Of a DNA stretch of 63,304 nt, positions 51,825 through 63,304 are shown one piece after another. The position numbers and the translations under genes are program-made. The stretch is from NCBI RefSeq assembly GCF_001194135.2, contig NC_068985.1, positions 34,225,747 to 34,289,050 on the forward strand. Direction: 5' to 3'. The stretch is from Octopus bimaculoides (lineage: Eukaryota). Every line of letters starts with the position of its first letter. Position 1 is the stretch's first letter. The notes below the pieces were generated by a model, which was given only the letters and a program-made list of their open reading frames with translations, ran no database searches and was not told the DNA's origin.

Positions 51825-54800
51825 ATGGTGAACCCTTGCAACTCTTGCACCACATGAAGGAATTGGCTCAAAAGCACCTGCTGATAGGGCTATTTTTTTC
51901 CTGGTAGCCATCTGATGTCCAAGCCATCCTAGCCTCTATGATGGAAACGACTCCCGTCGAGCAAATAGCCTCCGCTGCCAACAGAATCATAGAGTTTACC
52001 GGCAACACCACCAAGCCGACCCCAGTACCACCAGATAACTCTGCACACCCACCAGTAGCATCAGTTTTCACTGATAAGGACCTTGCCTTGGCTGCTATTC
52101 TAAAGGTGACAGCTGAATTAACGAGAGAAGTGCAGCTCCTTCTCACTTCCAAGTCAAGTTCACCTAGATGGCGTTCTTTCGATCGCTCCTTCTCGCCTTG
52201 CCATCGCTTGTCCTCTGCTCATTCATCCATATGCTGGTACCATGCCAAGTCTGGAGCTTCAGCATGTAAATGTACCCAACCCTGTACTTTTTCTTGACAG
52301 AGAAACGACCAACCAGAAAATTGAGCATGGCACATTCTCTGCAGCAGCCAACCGTGCATTTTTCATAACAGACCAGATATCCCACACCAGCAGCCTCATA
52401 GATACAGGTGTTGCCTGCAGTATTTGGCTGTTAAAACTCCTCATGGATAAACTTCTGTTATCACCAGTGACTCTACAGGTGGTGAACCTTTCACTGATTC
52501 CAGCTTTCCACCAGATATCTTGTTCGTTGGATTTAGATCTGCGACGTGACTCCAAGTAAATTTTTACAGTTGCAGATCTCCTTTATTAGGTGCAGACTTT
52601 TTGCACCACTCCCACCTACTTGTGGATATGCACACTCAGCGCTTATGGGACGCAACCACAGAACTTTCTATCTCAGTTAAAAGGCCACTAACCCCTGTGG
52701 TTAGTCCAATATTTTTCAAATCTGCCATGGACGACCCGTACCATGCACTCTTAAACTCATATCCAGAGCCGACTAACCTAATTTATTTTTACTGTTGCTC
52801 CAACTCCATTACTACCCATTTCCTCAAAACTAAAGGTGCTCCGTTTTTTTTTCTCACTCTTTCCGCCTCTCCTCAGAGAAGCTAAAGGTAGTCAAGGCCA
52901 AATTTAACCGCATGCTCTAGTTGGGCATCATCCACCCCTCTAATAGCCCCTGGGCATCACCCTTGCTCATGGTTCCAAAGCATTCTGGAAACTGGCGGCC
53001 CTCTGGTGACTACAAGAGATTAAACTCCATCACGGTGCCAAACAGGTTCCCAATATCCTAAATTCAGGATTTTGCGTCATCCCTCCACAACTGTAGAGTA
53101 TTCATCAAACTGGACCTGGTTAAGGCATACCACCAGATTCCTGTTAATCCAGATGATATTCCAAAGACTGCCATAACCACTCTTTTTGGCACCTTCAAAT
53201 TCCTAACTGTGCCATTTAGTTTACAGAATTCAGCCAGCACATTTCAAAGATACATTGACAAAGTCGTTCGAGACTTAGACTTTGTCTATGCATACATAGA
53301 CGACATCTTGATAGCTAGCGCCTCACCCAAGGAACATCTCCATCATGTATATCAGCTGTTCGAGCGGTTCAAGACTTATCAAGTGCAGATCAACCCTACC
53401 AAATGTGTTTTCGGCACATCTTCTTTGACCTTCCTAGCTCATGTCATCAGCCCCGAAGGCATATCGCCACTGCCTGACAAGGTGAAAGCATTGCAGGAGT
53501 TACCTTCACCCACCTCGTTACGTCAGCTCTGACATTTCTTAGGACTATTCAACTTCTATCAGCGCTTTGTTCCTCATTCAACTGAAATCCTATATCCGCT
53601 AAGCATGCTCCTTTGGAATAGGAAAAAGAGGAATGAACCGATAGCATTGGACTCCATCCAGCTTGACTCCTTCAACACAGCAAAGCAGCAACTCACTCAG
53701 GCATTGCTTCATGCCCATCCTGTCATGGACGCTCAACTATCCCTTGTAGTGGATACATCCAACACCGCCGTAGGTGCAGTGTTACAACAATTTCACCAGC
53801 AACAACTCCAGACTCTTGCCTTTTTCTCTCGGCAGCTTAAACCAACTGAAACTCACTACAGCACTTTCGGATGGAAGCTGTTAGCTATGTATTTAGCAGT
53901 CAAACATTTCTGGTACACAATCGAGGGATGCCAATTCACGATTTTTATGGACCATCGTCCACTCACCTTTGCCCTGTGCTCGAAGCCTGACAAGTAGTCT
54001 CTGTGGAAAACTAGACACTTGGATTTCATTTCCCAATTTACTGCCGACGTCCGCCATATCTCTGGTGTAGATAACACTGCAGCAGATGCCTTATTGCACC
54101 TACCACTGAATTCACTGTCGTCACCCACAGACGTCGACCTGCATCTCCTGGCTAAAGATCAACCTTGCTTAAAGACAATTGATATATCCTCACCCACCTT
54201 TTCTACATGCATCTTCAAGTACTTCCCAGTACCCCCAGCTGGCGCACAGATTTTGTGTGATACTTCCACGAATTCTCCTCATCCTTTTGTTCTGGAGAAC
54301 TACAGACAAACAGTCTTCAGCACACTGCATAACCTGTCACACCCTGGCATCACTGCCACACTGAAACTTATTTCGGCTAGATTCTTTTGGCCAAATATGA
54401 GACGAGGCATCACTGCTTGGTCACGCTCCTGCCTTTTCTGTCAGAAGTCAAAAGTGCATAAGCACATCCATGTACCCCTTGGCACATTCAACACACCAGA
54501 TGTGTGTTTCAACCATGTACACATCGACCTTGGTCAGTCAGCCAGGGAGATACCTACCTGCTCACCTGCATTGATCATTTAACATGTTGACTGCAAGCTA
54601 TTCCTTTAGTAGATATCACTGCAGAATCTGTTGCCAAAGCTTTTCTCACAGGATGGATATCACGGTATGGAGTCCCTACCACCATCACCACTGACTGTGG
54701 AAAACAGTTTGAATCACAACTCTTCCACGAGCTCACAAAGACCATAGGTGCATGTCAGATTCAAACCACCAGTTACCATCCACAATCCAACAATATGGTG

Positions 54801-55345
54801 GAACAATTCCACCGTCAAATGAAAGCGGCTTTGCATCCTTACCCAGATTGGCAGTGTTGGAGTGAATATTTTCCAATAGTCCTTCTTGGCTGTTGAGCCT
54901 TGATAAAGGAGGATCTCAGTTATTCCCCAGCAGAACTTGTTTATGGCACACCTCTTTTGCTGCCAGGCCAGATGTTGGCCCCAGTGGATCTGTGCACACA
55001 AGACCCCACTATGTACATACACAAACTTCAGACTTTGCAAATACATACAAGAACTGCCACCCATGTCAACACGACACCTAACCACTAAATCATCAGTTCC
55101 AAAAGACATTGATTCTTGGACCTATGTGTTTCTACAAAACGATGTAATGAAAACCCCTCTCACACCTCCATACACAGGACCCTATCGTGTCCTGTCACAC
55201 ACAAACTATGTACCATAGACATTAATGGTAAAAAGGAAACTGTTTCAATAGACAGGCTTAAGTGGGAATATACAGACAGTGATACAATACCACCTTATAC
55301 ACCTCCCACATTCACAGTGCAACATAAAACAAATGCTACTCCACA
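51825..55345 (+). mobile_element. Degenerate Ty3/gypsy LTR retrotransposon internal region (gag C-terminus, PR, RT, RNase H, IN)
   Basis: gag ICWYH...C..PC; protease LIDTG (GAT at 52401); RT MPFSLQNSASTFQR and YIDD (53293-53304); RNase H VDTSNTAVGAVL; integrase H..SHPG...C..CQ, HVHIDL and GPY. Gene order PR-RT-RH-IN; no paired LTRs found. Confidence 0.93.
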
Positions 55346-56459
55346 TTGCTCTCTTCTGAAGGCAGAATTTTTGTTAACAACTCTTAGTTTCTCTTTGAGG
55401 GTGATTAATTTGTATACAAGGGTTTTCTTTATTTTTTCTGTGCATTGTTTTTATTTTATTATTCATTCTTTGCTTGATGTAAGAGCAATTATTTGTTAAC
55501 ATGTGATAAGCGATGCCTCATAACTGATAGTTCTCCATAATTCAACTGTCCTGTTTCGCTTTTCCTAAATTGATTATGGTATTTTTTCTATTGTTCTGCC
55601 TTTCTTTAATTTTTCAGGATACATAAGGTGCAGCTTTGTAGCTGTTGAGAAGGCATGTAAACAAACATTAATTCCCCAAAATAGGGTATTTTTACATTGC
55701 AAATATTCTTCCTTGATTTTGTTAAGCACCATTAGAATCAGGACTTTTTTTGTAACTTATGTTAGATGAAGTTTTTTTTCTAAAGTTGGAGTTTTAAAAA
55801 GAAAGTAATCTTCTCTTAAAAAATATACTGAGATAACACTTTCAAGTATTTATATTTCTCACTCTTCCAGTTCAGTATATTGTTGATATTAGTTTTTTTG
55901 ACAGTATAGAGGACGGTCATTTTGGGTAAATGACAGCATATTGACCATAGAATGGTCAACCTGATTGTTAGGTAGCATAGTAGTAGTAGAGGCTTGGTTT
56001 GTTACTGAATGTATGCCTGATACAAGAGAACATTCATATGGTGTAATCTGTGCAATGTTCACATGTTCTGGGATAAAATTACATTGAATATTTTTCAGGA
56101 AAAAAAAATTGCGATAATCACATTCCTGTTTGCACTAAAATGTTCATTGCAGGCATAGTAATTCTGTTGTAAAATAATTTGAAGTTCATTTCAGTATGAT
56201 TTCATTCTTTTCTTGAAAAAGTGAAAAAGGATTCTATCTTGCCATACTATTTGTTTGGAACGAAAATCTTGTCACATTTCAAGATGAGAAAGAAACAAAT
56301 GCGTCATTGATATATTTTGTCAAGATAATATTTAACCTCATTATTGATAATATAGCCCCATCTATTTGGCAAAGTGTTGATTTTCTTGGGCCTAAAATTC
56401 TACAGGTTTCAAAGCAAAGAAACATCCAATATCATTTTTGATCCCTTCACTATTAATAA

Positions 56460-56750
56460 ATCATTCCTCATCTAAATACTGTTGCAATCATTTGAAAAGA
56501 TGATAGTCAGATGGAACAAGGTCATGGGAATAAAGAGAATGAAGCAGTACTTCCACATTACAGCCATCATCTTTTCCTTGGATATGTGGTCCTGTATTAT
56601 TTTGTAAGAGTAACACTCTGCTACAACTGACTGTTGATGGACAATTTTTCTTAAACTTTTGTGTAGCGCTTCCAATTGACTACAATATGTATCTAATTCA
56701 ACTGTTTTGTTTTGATTTAACACTTCATGATAGCTGACACCCTTCACATC
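56460..56750 (-). mobile_element. mariner transposase C-terminal remnant
   Basis: Minus strand HPLYSHDLVPSDYHLF; YCSQLEAL upstream. Confidence 0.75.
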
Positions 56751-57179
56751 TTATCAAACACAGGGCACAATTTTTTCAGGTGTAGACCTAATTTCAGGAT
56801 GGATTCTCCTTTTTACTGGGTGCTAACTGTAATGTAATATTTTGGCTTGGAGATGAATGAACAAGAAATCACTGCGAAATTTCAAATACAAAATACTTAT
56901 GTTATGTCGTTATAATGAATGACAGAAAAGAAGATATTTAAGCCAAGTGAATAAGTTCATTTGTTTGGTTGAGATGTGCATCAGCTGTGACAGTAGACTG
57001 ATACATTTGTTGAACTATGTAGCCAAAGTTGAGTTACATAAGTTAGTGCAGTCATTGGTCTTGGTTGAGCTGTGAGTGCTGTCAATAGTATTAGATAGCA
57101 TTACCTTTGCACACCAACCTGATAGTAGATACTTTTGTTTAGTGCAGAGACTTCAGCAGCTATGAGTGGGAAATAAGGT

Positions 57180-58420
57180 TGAATGCTTTCATATAATCAA
57201 ACCATATGTCACAAGGTTTCTGCAGTGTTTTCTTACTTTGTACACTACAGCTTTGCTTATCAAAAGTTGTTTGGCATATTTCCACATTGCCTTCTTTTTA
57301 CCTGTCTGCTCATCAGTTACTATATTGTTGGAATCACAATGATGCTGAAAGAATTAGCTGAGGCATTATATGTAATGTCTAGACAAGAAATGGACCTCTA
57401 GTTTTTTACCAACTCAATGGTTTCATTCTTGGCTACAAGATTCGTCCATGTTCTACCAAGCCAATTTTGTATGTCAGTCTGGCCTACTATAGTCCTTTTT
57501 GCAAAGAGTCAGCCTCTTGTATCAGTATCCAACGATTAGGTTTCTTCCAGATGCATTCCTATTTTGCAGTTTGTCTTCAGCAAAGTTTCAGGCTTGACTG
57601 TTTATATTTTACTGTAGATGTTTTACAGTATTCTTTCCTAACTCCGTAAAGCGCAATGCCTTAAAGTTGAAAGCCCTTTTTAATTTCAGATCTTTGACCA
57701 GAATGATTCAAAATCTCGAGAGGGAGATTTTGTAACAGTGACGTTTTACTTCCTCATTTCCCTGAATAATGTCTGTGGATTGGAAACAAACTTGTGGTAT
57801 ATATATATATATACTATCTCACTCAAAGATTTTCTAATGGAAGTGAAGATTTTCATTCAGTATGCTGAGTTCATGCTTTTGAGTAATTAGCCTTCTTGCA
57901 AAAGCTTGGCATTAAGAATCGCTGTAGAGTTTTGTTAATTTTCGCAAAAGATGTAATTGGTGAAGTGTAAACTCATTATTCTCCTTACATTTTATCATTA
58001 TGGTTAACCTTCAAATTATGTTGGTGCAGATTTTTGATGGTTTCTTCAAATTTTGTTTTCCATCTAGATTACTTCTGTTTAGTAATTTCATTACAATGTA
58101 TACTGCAGATTTCTCCCAGGCATTCTTTAAGAGTGATGGCTGCCATGTATATGAAGGCTTTAATTGTCCAGCAGTTAATATTCCCTGATTCCATGTGTTC
58201 TTTGGCAACATTGTCAATATCTTTCAACATTAAAGTAATTGGATTTTTCTTTAATGGTGCTGAGAATGGCCAGTTGCTTAACGACAGTTTGGAAAAAGTT
58301 GAAAACGTTTTTTTACAATTTGTGGTTTCAAAATGTTCTAAAGTTGAATATATCCCACCCCTAGTCATCTCTGTCGAATGAGTTACATGTGGAAATACGT
58401 ATAATGAGAATTTAGTGAGG
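57180..58420 (-). mobile_element. Old R4/Dong LINE RT fragment
   Basis: Remnants FESFWSKI, (Y)RSISCL, QLLISKAV, WFDYMKAF parallel 31050-31640. Confidence 0.6.
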
Positions 58421-59349
58421 ATGGCAGCAGTTTGTTTATATATATTTTAAGCCTCACTTAAGGCAGATTTTGACTGGTTTGCAGTATTTTGAGAAGGTCA
58501 ATTAACATCACAAAAGCAAGCCATTTTTTCTGAGAAGGATGCTCGTTGCTGAAGCTGTTTTGTAAATTTGCTTAACTTAGAGTGAGCTTCATCCCAGTAA
58601 TTTTTAACTACTTCAAATAGCCAATAGAAGGCCCATCACAGGTTTCTTCATAGCTCCGAAGCTGATTTTAGTTTAAATCTTAAGTCAAGAATAAGTGCTT
58701 ATGTTGTCTTAAATAGCTCACGTGTGTCACAGTACTGTTTGTATTGGTGTTGCTATCAGTATCAGCCATGTTTGTATTCATGAAATTCTACATGATATAA
58801 GGTATATTTTGTAATTCGGTCTGAATAATGCAACTTTTCTTAATTACAACTGAAGAAATAAATCAGTTACTGATTTAGGCTGGAGTAGTCAGCTTAGTTG
58901 TAGAAAAAAATCATTCAAAAAGACATTTTAAATGGTTCATTATGCCCCTACGTATGTATGTCATTATCCATTTTCATTTCAAGATTTCATGCCAATAAGA
59001 AAGAGCTGGTTTATAACATAGATCCAAGGCTCCTTCATTGGAATTTCAACAACATCAATGGGGTATGTATGTATGCATGTATGTATGTATGTATGTATGT
59101 ATGTATGTATGTATGTATGTATGTATGTGTCAGGTCACTTGTGAGGCTCTCATAAGTGCTACTGGTAACATGTAATCCAGTACAACCTGTTGCATGGTCG
59201 GGTTGCTGGCGACTAAACTGGCACCCCCACAAGGCTACCCTGGTGAGGAGGGTTGCTAGAAACCCAGCAGGATTTATAACAAGACCTGTTGAAAGTTCGG
59301 ATGGACCTCTGCAGTGTGAATGGGATAAAGTACCACTAGAAGTCTAGCG

Positions 59350-59545
59350 AGCAGTTATTGAAGCAGTGCCTGGTAAACTTAAGGCTGTAATAAAGAAATG
59401 AGGTGAATTTATTGAATAATTTTTTTGCTGTAACATTGCTGAAAATGTTTAAAACTAGTGTTCAAGTTTTCAAGTAAATTGGTTCAGATTTGGCCAAAAT
59501 ACATTGTTTAACCTTTGTAATAGAACTTTTGGGTCACCCTGGAAT
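59350..59545 (+). mobile_element. Tc1/mariner 3' end with TIR (cttttgggtcaccctg)
   Basis: KLKAVIKK*GEFIE* terminal peptide; a similar TIR end cttttgggccaccctgt occurs at about 46220. Confidence 0.5.
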
Positions 59546-60259
59546 CAACTTCCTCAGGTGTTTTCTATGTATGTATGTATAGATAGATAGATGGATGGAT
59601 GTGTGTGTGTGTGTGTGTGTACATAAGAAGGGTTTCCAAAGTGCAGAATTGTCCATGATGAGAGGAACGGTTCGTTGTTGATTGCTTAATGAATGAAAGA
59701 TAACGTTGAAATGCTTAGTTTGGGAAAGAGGGGAAGAAAATTATTGCTACCACTCTCTCTCTCTCTCTTTTTCACTCAGAAGTCCTCCCAATTTTATATT
59801 GCAGAATGAAAGAGAAAATAGAGCCAGGAAGAAGAGCAGACAATGGTTTCAGATTAATTACATAATTGGTTAGAGTTTTAAGAAATGATTCCTGGTCCTG
59901 AAGTTATTTAATGCAATGCAAGTGGATATATTTTAGCATTGTAATATAGTATGGAGAGATCTAAAAAAATATTCTGATCTTCTAGACAGGCTTGATTTAG
60001 TCTTACACCTTATAATCGAAATGTAAGACTCGTTCTTGTCGGGTAAGTAAATACTGTTTATTATTCATCTAAAGTTTAATTACAAGAATGTATAGCTTTA
60101 TTTCTAATTTCTACTGTCTAATTACGTCTCTTTAGCTGCTTCGCAATAAAACATATTGTAACTTATGTAAACACGTACACGTGACACACACACACAAAAA
60201 CATGATAATATACATTTCTATAAAACTTATGTTAGAAGAAGGGGGACGGGTAATGGATA

Positions 60260-60875
60260 TGTAGGGACCTCGCTTAGCCCTGCCTGAGATTTGAAACCAA
60301 ATCTACCCGCTTGTTGCTTGTCAAAACAAGTGGGAAATCCTCTCCACACCAGATAATTGATGGGGAGACACTTGACTTCCAAGGACCTGTGCTGGTCAAG
60401 GAAAGGTCAGTTCCTTGTTTAGGGTTTAACCTACATTACTGACCATAATCTATATAACAGAGAGCATTTCCTGTCTCTTGCTCTTTTGTGTCAGTCAGAC
60501 CAAGGAGCAACACCCTTTTTTGTGTGTCACCTATGACTAAGGTGCAACACTTTCCTTCGCCCCTTGCTCGACATACGAAGAGAAGCTTTCGGCCCCAAGA
60601 AAGACAATGCCATCTTTATCCTTTCTAGTCAACACTGTGCATTCTTTACTCTTTCCCTCTCTACTGGCAGACAGCAGCTTCTACACTATCAACTACCAGC
60701 CAGCCAGCCAGCGAACTTGTCACTGCCACTACAATTACTGTTTGGGTAAACGAATAAATATATTTAAATAATATTTCTTCCTTCTTGGTGTTGATTCTTC
60801 GATGTTTACTAGTTACTTCCGACGCGAGAATCTTCAAGTGTTACATCTACACGCTACATTTGGTAGTGGGCTACA
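60260..60875 (+). mobile_element. Solo LTR-like sequence
   Basis: Starts TGTAG, ends CTACA (60858 or 60875), TATATAA near 60450, AATAAA near 60755; no TSD found. Confidence 0.4.
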
Positions 60876-61789
60876 TCATATCGACGTGATATGGCATGTC
60901 ACATTTCAGCCCGCTACAGGTATTTCACGCACCTCGACTTTCTGTTTTTATCGCTATGAAACGTTTTATATTCATGTATAAAATAAACATATACATCATT
61001 TAAAACGTTGTCATTTATTAAGATTTTGCTGGCAAATTCTTAAATTAACATAAACATTTGTTTACATGAAAGAAAATTAGTGGAGAACTTTCTTCTAATT
61101 CTTCCAAAGCTTTCTGTTAAAACTATCGAAATTATTTGTGGAGACTTTTTTTAATCATAGCAACTGGTCGCAAGCAAGCCACTTCATCGTTTTGATGATT
61201 TAATTACAACTATGTTGAATCAAAGTTGTGCTGGAATTACATATTTATATATTTATTATAGCTTTAAAACACACAAACTTTATTAAAACAAATGCAAATA
61301 GGCAGTGCCTCCAAGAACTTCAAAATTGGTTTTAAAACTCTATAATAAGTATTATCTTATTAAGAATCCTCATGTTACCATCATCACAGACCCGTGGGTA
61401 CACGTTAAAAATTTTTTTCTTCCTGCTTTTCTTATATACATTGATCTCATATGTCATACGTTCGAACACATTCCGCCTCCGCCTCTATACATTAATGTTA
61501 TACTGTCACACGAGTTCAGCTTAATGTTTACTTTAACACCCGGCCATCAAAACCGAAAAAAAAAAAAAAAAAAAATGTAATAGATGTAAAAATGTGTAGT
61601 AAACAAAATCTGAATTTGGTTTACTACACATTTTTACTCCTGAATCTGAAAACCAAAATTTGCACAAACGAACCGGGGTGTAGGGAGAGGACTTTCGGAA
61701 AATTCACACGATCCGCCCCCCCCCTAACTTTCTGGGAAATAGATGTCTTTTAACGAAATTTTATATAAAAAACCTTTAAAACGGCATAC

Positions 61790-61932
61790 ATTCTTCTTTT
61801 CTACTCTAGGCACAAGGCCCGAAATTTTGGGGGAAGGGGCCAGTCAATTAGATCGACCCAGTACGCAACAGGTACTTAATTTATCGACCCCCGAAAGGAT
61901 GAAAGGCAAAGTCGACCTCGGCGGAATTCAAA
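61790..61932 (-). mobile_element. SINE family B, 5'-truncated
   Basis: Reverse complement of 23470-23610. Confidence 0.85.
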
Positions 61933-62022
61933 CGACATAAATTACGATTATAAAGAAGTTTGCTGGGAAAATTTTTTCCGAAGGAGTGGGGAGAGTATTT
62001 TGGAAAAATTCAGACAATCCGA

Positions 62023-62138
62023 TGTATGTATGTATGTATATATGTGTATGTATGTATGTATGTATGTATGTATGTATGTATGTATGTGTGTGTGTATGTG
62101 TGTGTGTGTGTGTGTATGTATGTATATATATATGTGTA

Positions 62139-62173
<35 letters not shown>

Positions 62174-62175
62174 GC
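62023..62175. repeat. Compound (GTAT)n(GT)n(AT)n microsatellite
   Basis: Direct read. Confidence 0.9.
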
Positions 62176-62624
62176 GAGTAAAAATAAATACAAAAAAGGT
62201 GGGTTTTTTTTGTATGATTGTGTATAGAGGAATATATTATTTTGTTTAAAAGAGTTCCAACACTGTCTGTTTTTTATGTTTTATTTATATTCCTGCAGAA
62301 CTAATGTGGGGTATAGAATATGGAATATACAATATATAATATAATATACAATATACAATATAAAATAAAATAAAATAAAAATGGATGGCACCATGAAAGA
62401 AAGTATTGAATGTAGATGAAATATTGAGTGTTCAATATAAAGGATCAAATATATAAATATATAAATATAAATATATATATATAAAGGCGACTCGAGTTTC
62501 AGGGCTATTTCCCTTCGTCATGGCCGGTATGACAGACTTTAACAGACTGTATATATATATATATATATGTGTGTATGTATGTATGTATGTATGTATGTAT
62601 GCATGTATATATATATATCTCTTA

Positions 62625-62974
62625 CTGGAGAAGGCCGGTTTATGGGATTACCCTGAGTTTTCAATCCATAAAGTGTTTAACTTTATATCCCATAAAACGG
62701 TAATCCCATTGTTGTATCGCACGTTCGACGTACGATACAACGGAATAACAACAATGTATTTGCAAATCGTTCTACTCAAGATACTGGTAATAACCCTTGA
62801 CAATACGCAACTCTCGGTTTTACAACCCGCTGAAGGCTCTCTGCTTATGTCCATTTATATTGTGAAACAGTCAATTAGGAGCTAACCAATAGGGATGTTC
62901 TATTTCCACACAACACCCATAAACCCTTTATGGATGGGAAACCCAGGATAATCCCGTAAACCTACCTTCCCCAG
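62625..62974. mobile_element. 350-bp MITE with ~49-bp imperfect TIRs and TA TSD (Tc1/mariner-type)
   Basis: TA|ctggagaagg...atccataaag and ctttatggat...ccttccccag|TA; internal hairpin gttgtatcg/cgatacaac. Confidence 0.75.
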
Positions 62975-63074
62975 TAAAAAATGTATACTGCTCTACATCT
63001 TAGAGTGTGCTTCTCCGGATTTATGTTTTCTCCAAACGATATGTATGTATACATACTCTTTTACTCTTTTACTT

Positions 63075-63261
63075 GTTTCAGTCATTTGACTGTGGCCATG
63101 CTGGAGCACTGCCTTTAGTCGAGCAAATCGACCCCACGACTTATTCTTTGGATGCCTAGTACTTATTCTATCGGTCTCTTTTGCCGAACCGCTAAGTCAT
63201 GGGGACGTAAACACACCAGCATCGGTTGTCAAGCGATGTTAGGGGGCCAAACACAGACACA

Positions 63262-63301
<40 letters not shown>

Positions 63302-63304
63302 TAT
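63075..63304 (-). mobile_element. SINE family A, 3' part
   Basis: Same block as 106, 10284 and 15965. Confidence 0.88.

Noticed and set aside
61587-61636. Short AT-rich hairpin (also 43658-43717)
   Set aside because: Isolated 17-bp inverted repeats without TSD or second copy; too little to assign

Overview
Repeat-rich, AT-rich eukaryotic genomic DNA with six N gaps. The SINE families and microsatellite load suggest a coleoid cephalopod, probably Octopus (inference from recalled repeat families). One complete protein-coding gene can be reconstructed by eye: an 8-exon, 262-aa tetraspanin on the + strand (4137-10010), which the ORF track mostly misses because it is spliced. The rest is mobile DNA: three SINE families, five R4/Dong-type LINE fragments mostly tied to (TAA)n, several L1/Tx1 pieces, an RTE fragment, a decayed Ty3/gypsy element, mariner/Tc1 remnants and two MITE families. 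The most unusual observations are: (1) a small non-autonomous LTR element whose tRNA-Trp primer-binding site runs far past the usual 18 nt and is tandemly arrayed with a polar decay gradient, with a related array at 22.5 kb; (2) a 303-nt direct-repeat unit bounded by two degenerate type I hammerhead ribozymes (retrozyme/Penelope-like); (3) an ORF1-only L1/Tx1 element inserted in a SINE tRNA head; (4) a foldback MITE with a perfectly palindromic telomeric (CCCTAA)7-(TTAGGG)7 core; (5) a CpG-depleted domain at about 44.7-59.6 kb that may mark the intron of an unseen gene. Repeat boundaries are approximate unless a TSD is quoted. No database searches were run.
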